Positions 20,433 through 32,084 of a stretch of 64,000 nt of DNA are shown here, piece after piece (position 1 is the stretch's first letter; each line of letters starts with the position of its first letter). The position numbers and the translations under genes are program-made. This stretch comes from Thermodesulfobacteriota bacterium (lineage in GTDB: Bacteria > Desulfobacterota > Desulfobacteria > Desulfobacterales > SURF-7): NCBI GenBank assembly GCA_049320885.1, contig JBMORA010000035.1, positions 32,001-96,000 on the forward strand. The letters are read 5' to 3'. The notes under the pieces were generated by a model that searched no databases, was not told where the DNA came from, and worked only from the letters and a program-made list of their open reading frames with translations.

Positions 20433-20663
20433 ATGAAACAACTGATAGAAATCATTGCCCGAGAGCTGGTTGATGAACCGAATGTCGTATCTATTACAGA
20501 AGTTGGGGGGATGTACACATCCATTCTAGAGCTGCGGGTCGCAAAATCGGATATCGGCAAGATAATCGGCAAAAATGGTCGGACCGTCAGTGCGCTGCGG
20601 ACCATCATCAGCGCTGTTTCTGCAAAAGGAAAAAAGCGCACGGTCCTTGAAATCCTTGAATAG
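20433..20663 (+). CDS. Single KH-domain RNA-binding protein (KhpA-like)
   Basis: LVDEP...ELRVAKSDIGKIIGKNGRTVSALRTII. Confidence 0.9.
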   Translation: MKQLIEIIARELVDEPNVVSITEVGGMYTSILELRVAKSDIGKIIGKNGRTVSALRTIISAVSAKGKKRTVLEILE

Positions 20664-20697
20664 CGCAAACATCCTGAAATACCGGGAGGTGGGAGCA

Positions 20698-21033
20698 ATG
20701 ATCATCGTCAGAATTACAATGAGCGTACTTTCGGAAAAACAGAAAGAGCTGGTGCAGACCCTGCTCTCCATGATGGCGCCGTTGAAAGAAGAAGCCGGAT
20801 GCCGGAGCTACGCCCTCTTTTGTGACATCGAGGATAAAAATCTGTTGACGCTTCTCGAAGAGTGGCGAACAAGAAAAGAGCTGGATCATCACTTGCGATC
20901 TGAAATGTTCGGCGTTCTGCTGGGAACGAAGAGTCTTTTAAACGAACCGCATGGAATTCATATCTACACCATTCAACAATCCGAAGGGGCGGAGGCCGTC
21001 CTGGCCGCGAGGGGCAAAAATATCGCCCCGTGA
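20698..21033 (+). CDS. Antibiotic biosynthesis monooxygenase (ABM) family protein
   Basis: EAGCRSY...LLEEWRTRKELDHHLRS. Confidence 0.8.
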   Translation: MIIVRITMSVLSEKQKELVQTLLSMMAPLKEEAGCRSYALFCDIEDKNLLTLLEEWRTRKELDHHLRSEMFGVLLGTKSLLNEPHGIHIYTIQQSEGAEAVLAARGKNIAP

Positions 21034-21283
21034 TCCCATGGGCATTGAAAGGCAGGGGTCTGAATTCAATCTCCACAAAACAACGAACCGCTGCCGGTAC
21101 ATCAATGAATAACGAGCAGATGGAAGATAAACGCAAAACAAAAAGCAGGCTGATCAGTGAGCGGAACCCTGCAATATGCGGCGTGCATTTGGATTTGGCC
21201 TTGGCGAGCCATCACGAACGGAATTTGTGCATTCATATTCATTCAGGAAGAATTTTCGCTCTGCTCCATTTTCATTTTTCCTC

Positions 21284-21658
21284 TCATCCTTTAGAGTCCG
21301 AATACAGAAAACCGGCAGTCGCTTTTTCAAGAGTCTGAAAAGTTAATGGTTTCGACAATACCAGATCGACATTTTCGTGTTTTGTTTTTCGCGATTCAAG
21401 GTCTTCAATCACACTGCCGGTTATCATGATCACCGGCGTATCCGGAGACTTTTGCTTTATACGTTTGGCTAGGATATACCCGTCCATCACCGGCATATAC
21501 AAGTCCGTGGTTACAAGGTCGAATGGTGTTTGAGCAAACAGCCGCAACGCTTCCGACCCATTGAAGGCCGTCCTCACTTCATGCCCCATGTTACGGAGCA
21601 TTTCAGACAGGACATCGCGCGATATTTGTTGATCATCCGTGACTAAAATGGTTGCCAT
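21284..21658 (-). CDS. Single-domain response regulator
   Basis: ILVTDD, DLYMPVMDG, MITG and LSKP motifs. Confidence 0.9.
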   Translation of the reverse strand: MATILVTDDQQISRDVLSEMLRNMGHEVRTAFNGSEALRLFAQTPFDLVTTDLYMPVMDGYILAKRIKQKSPDTPVIMITGSVIEDLESRKTKHENVDLVLSKPLTFQTLEKATAGFLYSDSKG

Positions 21659-21720
21659 TCGGGTCCCCTTTGTTTGTAACAGTAAGTAAACCGTGCGTCC
21701 GGCAGCGACATTCATTTGGC

Positions 21721-22080
21721 TCATCGGCACTCTAAAACCGGTAATTTTTCAAACAGGTCGATGCCGTCAAAGAGCAGCTCAATCGAACCGTCGCCCTTGG
21801 AATCATATAAATCCATGACGGATTCGGCGATTCTGATTGCATGGGGCGCGATGGGAAACAAGTTGCGGGTCCGCAGGGTCGCGACCAATGTCGCCATCCC
21901 CTCCCGAATGGAAGACAAAATAGCCGAACCTTCATACGTTTCTTCGCAGAGAAAAGAAAACGTTTCTTTGCACGCCATCGAAGAGCCTGTTTTCCTCAGC
22001 GCCCGTTGGATGATTGCATATTCTTTGATATTGAGCTTATTATTTAAACTTTCCCGGGAGATAAGAAATTTTTGTCGCAT
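21721..22080 (-). CDS. Hypothetical protein
   Basis: ORF with a GGAG RBS, co-oriented within the groEL run. Confidence 0.6.
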   Translation of the reverse strand: MRQKFLISRESLNNKLNIKEYAIIQRALRKTGSSMACKETFSFLCEETYEGSAILSSIREGMATLVATLRTRNLFPIAPHAIRIAESVMDLYDSKGDGSIELLFDGIDLFEKLPVLECR

Positions 22081-22120
22081 GCATTTTCTCCGTTTCATCC
22101 GGTTTCAATTGCAAATACGC

Positions 22121-22273
22121 TCATGGATTTTCGCCATCATCATGAGAAGGATTTGGTTCATCTTCCGGTTTTATGGTTTTACTATCCCGCTTGTTTTGTC
22201 GCTTTTGTTCTTTTTTTTCTTTTCTGGCCAGTTCTTTCTGGCGTTTTTTAAATTGAAAATTGGTTTTCGCCAA
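22121..22273 (-). CDS. 50-aa basic small protein missing from the ORF track
   Basis: TTG start after GGAGGAGG; MAKTNFQFKKRQKELARKEKKEQKRQNKRDSK...ENP*. Confidence 0.65.
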   Translation of the reverse strand: MAKTNFQFKKRQKELARKEKKEQKRQNKRDSKTIKPEDEPNPSHDDGENP

Positions 22274-22324
22274 TGCTGCCCCTCCTCCGTTGGTTTTGTT
22301 GCCTGTAAAAATGGGCTGAACATT

Positions 22325-23998
<1,674 letters not shown>

Positions 23999-24013
23999 TC
24001 AGGCATTCTTTAT

Positions 24014-24031
24014 AGTCAAGGTTTATGCCAA
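24014..24031 (-). promoter_or_regulatory. Putative sigma54 promoter for groL (variant -12)
   Basis: Minus strand TTGGCATAAACCTTGACT. Confidence 0.5.
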
Positions 24032-24122
24032 TATGGGTACAACCGGCTTAATTAAAAAATTGTTATGATATCAATATGTTTATTATTTGAAAGACGGTTG
24101 CCGGGAGAAGACGGGACACAAA

Positions 24123-24161
24123 GCAAGGTCATATATGACCATTGGTCATATATGACCTTGC
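24123..24161. promoter_or_regulatory. Double GGTCATATATGACC palindrome (UAS)
   Basis: GCAAGGTCATATATGACC-ATT-GGTCATATATGACCTTGC. Confidence 0.7.
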
Positions 24162-24162
24162 A

Positions 24163-24468
24163 TCGCCGACAATTCTGATATTGGCGGCACTCAGCTTGAA
24201 ATGATCACGAAACTCCTGAAAATATGTTGGCTCGGTTTTCCCGCCTTCACTGAGCGGGGTGGAACTCCAGCCGGAAATCGAGCAGCGGTATTTGAACGAG
24301 ATCAAACTGTCCACCTGTCCTCAAATCATGCCAATCCGGGACGGTTATACGGCGCTGATAAATAAGGGTATGATTGAGATGACCATTCCCGACAACCCGA
24401 GGAGCCGGTTGCAGAAATACCGGCTTACCGAAAAAGGCAAGGCGCTCCTATCCGTCAAGGGAAGGTGA
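24163..24468. pseudogene. Mosaic of fragments: RloB-like piece (minus) and C-terminal wHTH of a Fic/RecG-like protein (plus)
   Basis: EGGKTEPTYFQEFR (minus); IEMTIPDNPRSRLQKYRLTEKG (plus). Confidence 0.5.
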
Positions 24469-24487
24469 CGAGGCAAACGAAACCCGT

Positions 24488-24560
24488 TTTTTTATCTGTG
24501 TCCATCCGAGCAATCTGTGGATAAACCGCTTTTCCCGCCGGCGGCAGAGAGATTGATCCA
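24488..24560 (-). repeat. Inverted half-copy of the CACAGAT hairpin element
   Basis: Reverse complement TGGATCAAT...GCCGCCGGCGGGAAAAGCGGTTTATCCACAGAT...GACACAGAT matches 44949-45020. Confidence 0.8.
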
Positions 24561-24858
24561 AAAGATTTTTTGAAGATGGTTTCCGTCCTGTGTCCGCAGC
24601 TGACACACCATTGTGATACAGATAAACACAATCGGATTTTTCAATCCCCGATGAAAAAAGTATAGCATAAACAAATCAATGTATTATGGCGCTTTTTCAT
24701 GGAAAAGACAATACAATTGAAATGTTAGGGTGATTGGTTCGAAAATGATGAATAAATAAATACTTATCGGTATTGACAAGCCGCTGGCTTTCAGGTTTAG
24801 ATAAAAATCTTCTTAATATTGTTAAAGTCGGGCGTTCATTTCCATTGATTTTCAGAGG

Positions 24859-24980
24859 TTGGCCATCGGCGTGGCCTATCTGGTGAAGCTGGCCCTGGAC
24901 GCTACGCCTCCGGATCAGATGACCCCCGAACTCCTGGACTTCAGCCACGGCATCTCCCTCGAGTTCGACAAAGCGATCCA
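24859..24980 (+). pseudogene. ADP-ribosylglycohydrolase internal fragment
   Basis: IGVAYLVKLALD...GISLEFDKAI; the continuation lies at about 26192-26461. Confidence 0.5.
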
Positions 24981-25103
24981 CTTCGAGATGCTTGAAAAAG
25001 ACTATCCACAGATGATGCAGATTAACACAGATGAAAACCGTAACAATAAGCTGCGCGAATCTTCGAAACCCGCAGATTCAAACCATTTTGTGGAGGTCAG
25101 TAA

Positions 25104-26138
25104 GTGAGCGGACTGAAAAAAAGCAATCCAGGCCCGGACTACACCCACCTCCTTGCAGAGGTGAAAGAGCGTGTTCGTTCGGCGCAATATGCCGCGTTGA
25201 AATCGGTCAATACCGAGTTGGTCGGGCTGTATTGGGACATCGGGCGGATGATCGTGGAACGCCAGACAGACGCCGAACATGGCACGGCCATAGCTGAACA
25301 GTTGGCCAAGGATCTGAGGACAGAATTTCCCGGAATCAGCGGTTTTTCCCGGCGCAATGTCTTTTATATGCGGGAATTTTACCTGCTTTACCGCGACGAT
25401 AAGCGAGTGCAACCACTGGTTGCACAAATCGGATGGACTCATAACCTGATGATTTTTCAGCGCTGTAAAGATCCTTTGGAGCGGGAATTTTATATCCGCA
25501 TGACCCAAAAATTCGGCTGGTCCAAGAATGTTCTTATCCACCAGATCGACAACCAGAGCTATGAAAAATCCCTGCTCGGCCAGACCAATTTCGATCAGGC
25601 GCTGACACCGGAACTGCGCGGTCAGGCCAAATTGGCGGTGAAGGATGAATATACCTTTGATTTTTTAGAATTGGGCGAGGAGCACAGCGAACGGGAGTTG
25701 GAACGGGCGCTGCTCGCCCGGATCGAAGACTTCCTAAGGGCCATGGGTGGTATGTTCGCCTTCATGGGCAGTCAATATCGGTTGGAGATCGATGGCGAGG
25801 AATTTTTTATCGATCTGCTGCTGTTTCACCGGCGGTTGCGCTGTCTGGTGGCCATTGAGTTGAAAATAGGGAAGTTCAGGCCGGAGTTTGTCGGCAAGAT
25901 GCAGTTTTATTTGACCGCACTTGACCGACAGGTGAGGCATGAAGACGAAAATCTTTCTATCGGAATCATTCTTTGCAAAGAAAAGAGCCGTACGATTGTC
26001 GAGTATGCCTTGCACGATGCACGCAAGCCCATTGGGGTGGCAACCTATAGAATCACCAAGACCTTGCCAAAGGAATTGAGAGGACAGTTGCCACTGCCGG
26101 AAGAGATTGCAGCCCTGCTGGAAGGGATTGAAGAATGA
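25104..26138 (+). CDS. YhcG/DUF1016 PD-(D/E)XK nuclease
   Basis: LYWDIG, GFSRRN, KDEYTFDFL, FIDLLLFHRRL, IELK, GKMQFYL. Confidence 0.9.
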   Translation: MSGLKKSNPGPDYTHLLAEVKERVRSAQYAALKSVNTELVGLYWDIGRMIVERQTDAEHGTAIAEQLAKDLRTEFPGISGFSRRNVFYMREFYLLYRDDKRVQPLVAQIGWTHNLMIFQRCKDPLEREFYIRMTQKFGWSKNVLIHQIDNQSYEKSLLGQTNFDQALTPELRGQAKLAVKDEYTFDFLELGEEHSERELERALLARIEDFLRAMGGMFAFMGSQYRLEIDGEEFFIDLLLFHRRLRCLVAIELKIGKFRPEFVGKMQFYLTALDRQVRHEDENLSIGIILCKEKSRTIVEYALHDARKPIGVATYRITKTLPKELRGQLPLPEEIAALLEGIEE

Positions 26139-26461
26139 GTGCATACCCCTCATTTGATCCGGGCACAGTTGAGGCCATTGCCAAGATGATAGGCGAAGGC
26201 TGGATCGCCGAAGAAGCCGTGGCCCTGGCCCTCTACTGTTTTCTCAAACACCCCGACATCTACGCCGACACCGTCATCCGCGCTGCCAACACCAACACCA
26301 ACGGCGACTCGGATTCCATTGCCTGCATCGCCGGGGGGATCAGTGGTGCGTATCTGGGGGTTGCGGCGATTTCCGGTGAATGGGTCAGACGGGTTGAAAA
26401 GATGGAATACCTGGACACTTTGGCGATTCGACTGGTTGAAAAAAAAGAGTTCAAGGTTTGA
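26135..26461 (+). pseudogene. Chimera: unrelated 20-aa N-terminus fused to an ADP-ribosylglycohydrolase C-terminus
   Basis: GEGWIAEEAVALALYCF...NGDSDSIACIAGGISGA; the N-terminal two thirds of the family are absent. Confidence 0.7.
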
Positions 26462-26484
26462 AAGTTCAAGGTTCAGGGTTGAAA
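26449..26484 (+). repeat. GTTCAAG heptamer run (unpaired left arm)
   Basis: GTTCAAGGTTTGAAAGTTCAAGGTTCAGGGTTGAAA. Confidence 0.75.
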
Positions 26485-26564
26485 AACAATCAGGTGGTTA
26501 AAAATCCGGTTTTATTTTGTAAAAATATATAGTATGGTATGTATAAATATATAATAAATACCTT

Positions 26565-28019
26565 TTGAGGTCTTTTTTGAAGGATTTTTTGGATCGCAGC
26601 GAGATCATCAATGTACTCACCGGGTTCAATCCCTGGTGGAGTGAGCGTCGCCTGGCAGTGCCCCCGTTTCGGCGTCTGGCCTTTGACGCCTGCCGGCGCT
26701 ATCTGGAGGATACCAGCTTGCGCCGGGCCGTGCTCCTGTCCGGGCCGCGGCGGGTGGGCAAAACCACCGTGCTTCAGCAGATGGCCCAGGCATTGGCCCA
26801 AAAAGGAGACACCCCCAGAAGCATCCTCTATCTGAGCCTGGATCATCCCCTGTTGAAATTGCTGTCCCTCCGGGAGATCCTGGCGCTCTTTCACGAGAGC
26901 ACCCATCCCGACGGCCAGCCGGCCACCCTGTTGCTCGATGAAGTCCAGTACGCCCCGCAATGGGAAACCGAGATCAAGCTGCTCATCGATCACAAGCCCC
27001 AGTATCGCATCCTGGCTACCGGCTCCGCTTCGGTGGTCCACCAGGACCGCCTGGCGGAAAGCGGCGTGGGGCGCTGGATCACCGTTCCCATTCCCACCCT
27101 TTCCTTCTTTGAATTTGTCAGCATGCGCAACCAGCTGCCCGAGGGCCTTGCTCCGGATCTGCGGGTCAGCGCCATCTTCTCCTTTTCGTCCGGCGACCTG
27201 GCCGCCCTGGCAGCCCGAATGCGGCCCCTGCAGCCGCTTTTTCAACGCTATCTTCTGGTGGGAGGTTTCCCGGAAACCGCCAACCAGGAAAACATCGACC
27301 TGTGCCAGCGGCTGTTGCGGGAAGATGTGGTGGAACGGGTGCTGAAGCGGGACATGACGGCCCTCTTCGGGGTCCGAAATATCAACGATCTCGAAAAGCT
27401 CTTCATCTATCTGTGCCTGCATTCCGGCGGTATCCTGGCCCACCAGGCCTGCGCCCGGGATTTGGGCACCACCACCACCACGGTGGCCAACCACCTGACC
27501 CTGCTGGAACAGGCCAATCTCATCTATCGCCTGCCGCCTTCCGGGCTGAGTGGCAAACGCATGCTCAAGGCCCGCAACAAATACTATCTGGTGGATGCGG
27601 CCCTGCGCAATGCCGTGCTCCTCAAAGGGGAAGAGATCTTCACCAGCCCCGAGGAGATGGGTACCATCGTTGCGACCACCGTGCTGCGCCACCTGTTTGT
27701 CTACTATTACCGGGACACGCCGGAGATCGTCTACTGGCGGGATGCCATAACCCAGAAGGAGGTGGACATCATCGTGCGCAGCCCGGCATATGTGTTGCCG
27801 TTTGAAGTCAAATACAGCGCCAAACCGCAATTGGATGCAAAGAGCGGGCTGGGCATCTACTGCGCATCGGAAAACCCGAAGCAGGGGTATCTGGTGACCC
27901 AGCGGGATGCGGATTTTGCGGTTACCCGGTTGAAGGGTGTGGATACGACCTTTTTGAAGATTCCGGCGTATATTCTCTGTTATTTGTTGGGGCAGTCGGA
28001 GCGGTTGTTGTGGGGCTAA
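26565..28019 (+). CDS. AAA_14 + DUF4143 ATP-binding protein
   Basis: GPRRVGKTT, LLDEVQ, ATGS, GGFPE, EVDII...FEVK. Confidence 0.9.
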   Translation: MRSFLKDFLDRSEIINVLTGFNPWWSERRLAVPPFRRLAFDACRRYLEDTSLRRAVLLSGPRRVGKTTVLQQMAQALAQKGDTPRSILYLSLDHPLLKLLSLREILALFHESTHPDGQPATLLLDEVQYAPQWETEIKLLIDHKPQYRILATGSASVVHQDRLAESGVGRWITVPIPTLSFFEFVSMRNQLPEGLAPDLRVSAIFSFSSGDLAALAARMRPLQPLFQRYLLVGGFPETANQENIDLCQRLLREDVVERVLKRDMTALFGVRNINDLEKLFIYLCLHSGGILAHQACARDLGTTTTTVANHLTLLEQANLIYRLPPSGLSGKRMLKARNKYYLVDAALRNAVLLKGEEIFTSPEEMGTIVATTVLRHLFVYYYRDTPEIVYWRDAITQKEVDIIVRSPAYVLPFEVKYSAKPQLDAKSGLGIYCASENPKQGYLVTQRDADFAVTRLKGVDTTFLKIPAYILCYLLGQSERLLWG

Positions 28020-28073
28020 ATAGAATCAATCCAATCCCGCCCGAACCTGGCGGATTCCATTGGCTGTATTGCT

Positions 28074-28213
28074 GGTTCAAGGTTGAAAAGTTCAAGGTTC
28101 AAGGTTGCCAGGTTCAATGTATAAGGTTGGTTGTTACGGGGCTTTCAAACTTTGAACCTTGAACATTTGAACTTTGAACAGTCTTTACCTTTGAACCAGT
28201 TAACTTTGAACTT
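28074..28213. repeat. Heptamer inverted-repeat hairpin (GTTCAAG)n...(CTTGAAC)n without a cargo gene
   Basis: Left arm 28074-28119, right arm 28143-28213. Confidence 0.8.
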
Positions 28214-28234
28214 ACTATCGTTGCAGTTTAAAAC

Positions 28235-29188
28235 ATGATCGAAGCCTATATTGAAAAATTCAAAAAGCTGCGGACTGACAGGAATCGAAAAATCTGGACG
28301 GAGCGCACTTCTTACCGCGCGCCCCACAAACCTTTCCTGCTGCTCTCGATCATGGATCTCATCAACCAGGGAGACATCACCGCCAATTTCATTGAACCGA
28401 CCTTCGACCTGGTGGAGATGTTCAATACCTACTGGTCGGCCGTCATGCCGCCCGCAGCCTCCACCAGTATGGCCTATCCGTTTTATCATATGCGCAGCGA
28501 AGGCTTCTGGAAGCTCGTACCGGACATCGACACCCCGGTTTATTCCGTCAGTAAATTGCGTGAGCACTACCAGGGTGCCATCATCGACGAGACCCTGTTC
28601 CTACTCTTACAGCAGTCCGCCAGCCAGCACCAGCTGCGCACAGCCCTGATCACCACCTATTTCGCCCCGGACCTGCAGCCATTAGTCTTCGAACAGGGCG
28701 TAGTAAGCTACCAGGCCCATGCCTATGGCCAGGAACTGCTGCGGATTGCCGAGTCGGCAGCCGGTTTTGAAAAGACTGTGCCGCCGGCCCTCCAGGAACC
28801 GAAAGTCCGCGACCAGGCCTTCCGCAAGGTGATCGTATCCCTGTACAACCACCGCTGTGCCCTCTGCGGCATCCGCATGCTCACCCCCGAAGGCCATACC
28901 GTGGTGGAAGCCGCCCACATCGTCCCTTGGCATAAAAGCCAGGATGATCGGCCCAGCAATGGGCTTTCTCTCTGCCGCCTCTGCCACTGGTCTTTTGACG
29001 AGGGCCTCATGAGCGTTGGTAAAGAGTACGAAGTCCTGGTTTCCAAACGCGTCACTCTGGAAAACAATTTTCCAGGGCATATGTTGACTCTTTCGGACCG
29101 ACGGATCTTCCGTCCCGATGATCAAAAATATTGGCCGGATCAGGAGAATTTAAATTGGCATCGTCAGAAATTTTATGAAAGGTTGTAA
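28235..29188 (+). CDS. SBD-like + HNH endonuclease (probable modification-dependent restriction)
   Basis: [50 protein letters not shown]. Confidence 0.8.
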   Translation: MIEAYIEKFKKLRTDRNRKIWTERTSYRAPHKPFLLLSIMDLINQGDITANFIEPTFDLVEMFNTYWSAVMPPAASTSMAYPFYHMRSEGFWKLVPDIDTPVYSVSKLREHYQGAIIDETLFLLLQQSASQHQLRTALITTYFAPDLQPLVFEQGVVSYQAHAYGQELLRIAESAAGFEKTVPPALQEPKVRDQAFRKVIVSLYNHRCALCGIRMLTPEGHTVVEAAHIVPWHKSQDDRPSNGLSLCRLCHWSFDEGLMSVGKEYEVLVSKRVTLENNFPGHMLTLSDRRIFRPDDQKYWPDQENLNWHRQKFYERL

Positions 29189-29243
29189 AAATCCGGATCA
29201 GACGCTATCAATTCACGAGTGTCCAAGAGGGTTTGTGGCCCAT

Positions 29244-31628
29244 ATGGATAAAAAAAAGCTGAGTGAACGCGACATCTGCACCAAATTCATCACCCCGGCT
29301 CTGGAACGCGCGGGTTGGGATATCAGCACCCAGGTTCGGGAAGAATTTCCCCTTACCAACGGGCGTATCATCGTGCGTGGCAAGCTGTATACCCGCGCCA
29401 AGCACAAGCGCGCCGATTATGTCCTGTTTTACAAGCCGAATATTCCCATTGCCATTATCGAAGCCAAGGACAACAACCACACGGTTGGCGATGGCATGCA
29501 ACAGGCCCTGGGCTATGCTGACATGCTGCAAGTGCCGTTTGTATTCAGCTCCAACGGCGATGGCTTTTTGTTTCACAACAGAATTGCCGCAGATGGCGTT
29601 ATCGAGCGTGAGCTCTCACTTAACGAATTTCCCTCTGTGGAAACATTATGGCAACTATGGGGGCAACATCGCGGGCTGAACGACCAGCAGAATGCGTTGG
29701 TCACGCAGGATTATTATAGCGACGTAAGCGGCAAGAACCCGCGCTATTACCAGTTATTGGCCATTAACAAAACCATTGAGGCAATCGCTCAGGGGAAAAA
29801 TCGTATTCTTCTGGTGATGGCAACCGGCACCGGCAAAACCTTCACCGCCTTTCAAATCATCTGGCGTTTATGGAAGTCCAGGGCAAAAAAACGAATCCTG
29901 TTTCTTGCCGACCGCAACATTTTGATCGACCAGACCATGACCAATGATTTCAAACCATTCGGTTCGGCCATGACCAAGATCCAGAAGCGGCAGACCAATA
30001 AGTCCTACGAGATTTACCTTTCCCTCTATCAGGCTGTTACCGGAAATGAGGAAGAGAAAAACATTTATAAGCAGTTCAGCCCCGATTTTTTCGATCTGAT
30101 CATTATTGATGAATGCCATCGGGGCAGTGCGGCCGCCGATTCGGCCTGGCGTGAAATCCTCGAATATTTCACCTCCGCCACCCAGATCGGTCTTACCGCC
30201 ACCCCCAAGGAGACCAAAGAAGTTTCCAATATCGATTACTTTGGCGACCCCATCTATACTTACAGTCTTCGGCAGGGAATCGACGACGGTTTCCTTGCCC
30301 CTTATAAGGTCGTGCGCATCGATTTCGACCGGGATTTGACCGGCTGGCGACCCGACAAGGGCATGATCGACAAGTACGGCAACGAAATCGAGGACCGCAT
30401 TTACAACCAAAAGGATTTCGACAAGACCCTGGTCCTTGAACAGCGCACCCAGTTGGTGGCCAAAAAGATCACCGAATTCCTCAGGCAGACCAACCGCTTC
30501 GACAAAGCCATCGTCTTTTGCGAAAACATCGACCATGCCGAGCGCATGCGCCAGGCCCTGGTCAATGAAAACGCCGACCTGGTGGCGCAAAACAGCAAAT
30601 ACGTCATGCGCATCACCGGCGACAACGAGGAAGGCAAAGCCGAGCTCGATAACTTCATTTTTCCGGAGAGTAAATACCCGGTTATTGCCACCACTTCCAA
30701 GCTGATGACCACCGGCGTGGATGCTCAGACCTGCAAACTCATCGTGCTCGACCAGCGCATTCAGTCCATGACCGAATTCAAGCAGATCATCGGGCGCGGC
30801 ACCCGCATCAATGAAGACTACGGCAAGTACTATTTCACCATCATTGACTTTAAAAAGGCCACCGAGTTGTTTGCCGACCCTGATTTCGACGGTGATCCGG
30901 TCCAGATCTACGAACCCAAGGGGGATGAATCACCGGTGCCGCCGGATATTCCCGGCGAGGCCGAAAGTGGCAGCGGCGTCACCTACCCGGAACCAGGAGG
31001 CGAGCAGGATTGGACCGGCGTCGCCGAACCCGGCCCAGAAGAGGAGGGCGACGGAACTCGCCGTTACGTCGTGGCCAATGTCGAGGTCAAGGTTGCCGCC
31101 GAGCGCGTCCAGTATTTCGACGCCAACGGTAAACTGATCACCGAATCCCTCAAGGACTACACCCGCAAGGCCCTGGCTAGGGAATACGCCTCCCTCGACG
31201 ATTTCCTCCGCCGCTGGACCAGCACCGAAAAGAAGCAGGCCATCATCGACGAACTCTCCGAACAGGGGGTGTTCTTCGATGCCCTTGCCGATGAGATCGG
31301 GCGGCAATCCGGCAAAGCATTCGATCCGTTCGATCTGGTCTGCCATGTCGCTTGGGATATGCCGCCTCTTACCCGCAAGGAACGGGCGGAACAGGTGAAG
31401 AAACGTAACTACTTCACCCAATACGGCGAGCAGGCCCGTCGCGTGCTGGAAGCGCTGCTCGACAAGTACGCCGATGAAGGCGTGGCCCCCATCGAAGAGA
31501 CGCAGATTCTCACCATTGCCCCTTTTACCAAATTCGGCACCCCGCTGGAAATTATCCGCGCCTTTGGGGGGCTGGATCAGTATCAGCAGGCTGTGCATGA
31601 GCTGGAGGATGCGCTTTATGCCGGATAA
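29244..31628 (+). CDS. hsdR: Type I restriction endonuclease subunit R (EcoAI/EcoEI-like)
   Basis: [36 protein letters not shown]. Confidence 0.95.
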   Translation: MDKKKLSERDICTKFITPALERAGWDISTQVREEFPLTNGRIIVRGKLYTRAKHKRADYVLFYKPNIPIAIIEAKDNNHTVGDGMQQALGYADMLQVPFVFSSNGDGFLFHNRIAADGVIERELSLNEFPSVETLWQLWGQHRGLNDQQNALVTQDYYSDVSGKNPRYYQLLAINKTIEAIAQGKNRILLVMATGTGKTFTAFQIIWRLWKSRAKKRILFLADRNILIDQTMTNDFKPFGSAMTKIQKRQTNKSYEIYLSLYQAVTGNEEEKNIYKQFSPDFFDLIIIDECHRGSAAADSAWREILEYFTSATQIGLTATPKETKEVSNIDYFGDPIYTYSLRQGIDDGFLAPYKVVRIDFDRDLTGWRPDKGMIDKYGNEIEDRIYNQKDFDKTLVLEQRTQLVAKKITEFLRQTNRFDKAIVFCENIDHAERMRQALVNENADLVAQNSKYVMRITGDNEEGKAELDNFIFPESKYPVIATTSKLMTTGVDAQTCKLIVLDQRIQSMTEFKQIIGRGTRINEDYGKYYFTIIDFKKATELFADPDFDGDPVQIYEPKGDESPVPPDIPGEAESGSGVTYPEPGGEQDWTGVAEPGPEEEGDGTRRYVVANVEVKVAAERVQYFDANGKLITESLKDYTRKALAREYASLDDFLRRWTSTEKKQAIIDELSEQGVFFDALADEIGRQSGKAFDPFDLVCHVAWDMPPLTRKERAEQVKKRNYFTQYGEQARRVLEALLDKYADEGVAPIEETQILTIAPFTKFGTPLEIIRAFGGLDQYQQAVHELEDALYAG

Positions 31629-32082
31629 ACAAACCTCACACGAAGGCACGAAAACACGAAGGGATAAAGAAGGGTTATCCAAGATCGTTGTGGATTGTGC
31701 ATACCGGATGCATGTTGAGATCGGGCCGGGGTTGCTCGAGTCTGTTTATGAGGCGGTACTGGAGAAACTGCTATTGGAGAAAGGTCTCAGGGTAAATCGA
31801 CAAAAGTCCATACCGATTGAGGTGATGGGTCTTTCCATCCATGAAGGATTCAGGGCTGATCTGATCGTGGAGGATCTTCTGCTGATTGAGCTTAAATCAG
31901 TAGAAAAACTCGCCCCGGTTCATTCCAAACAAGTCCTGACCTACCTTCGGCTTCTCAATCTGCCTCTCGGACTCCTCCTCAACTTCGGCGCAGCCACGTT
32001 CAAAGAAGGCTGCAAGCGCATCGTCAACGGCAAACAGGACTTCGTGTCTTCGTGCCTTCGTGTGAACCAAAAAGGATACTAA
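31618..32082 (+). CDS. GxxExxY family PD-(D/E)XK-like protein
   Basis: [35 protein letters not shown]. Confidence 0.92.
   Translation: MPDKQTSHEGTKTRRDKEGLSKIVVDCAYRMHVEIGPGLLESVYEAVLEKLLLEKGLRVNRQKSIPIEVMGLSIHEGFRADLIVEDLLLIELKSVEKLAPVHSKQVLTYLRLLNLPLGLLLNFGAATFKEGCKRIVNGKQDFVSSCLRVNQKGY
31636..32065. mobile_element. Inverted-repeat-bounded unit carrying GxxExxY
   Basis: TCACACGAAGGCACGAAAACACGAAG (31636-31661) is 25/26 identical to the reverse complement of 32040-32065. Confidence 0.65.
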
Positions 32083-32084
32083 TC

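Noticed and set aside
31631..32070. ACC as a target-site duplication of the GxxExxY unit
   Set aside because: Only 3 bp, and no equivalent duplication flanks the second copy at 34718-34896.
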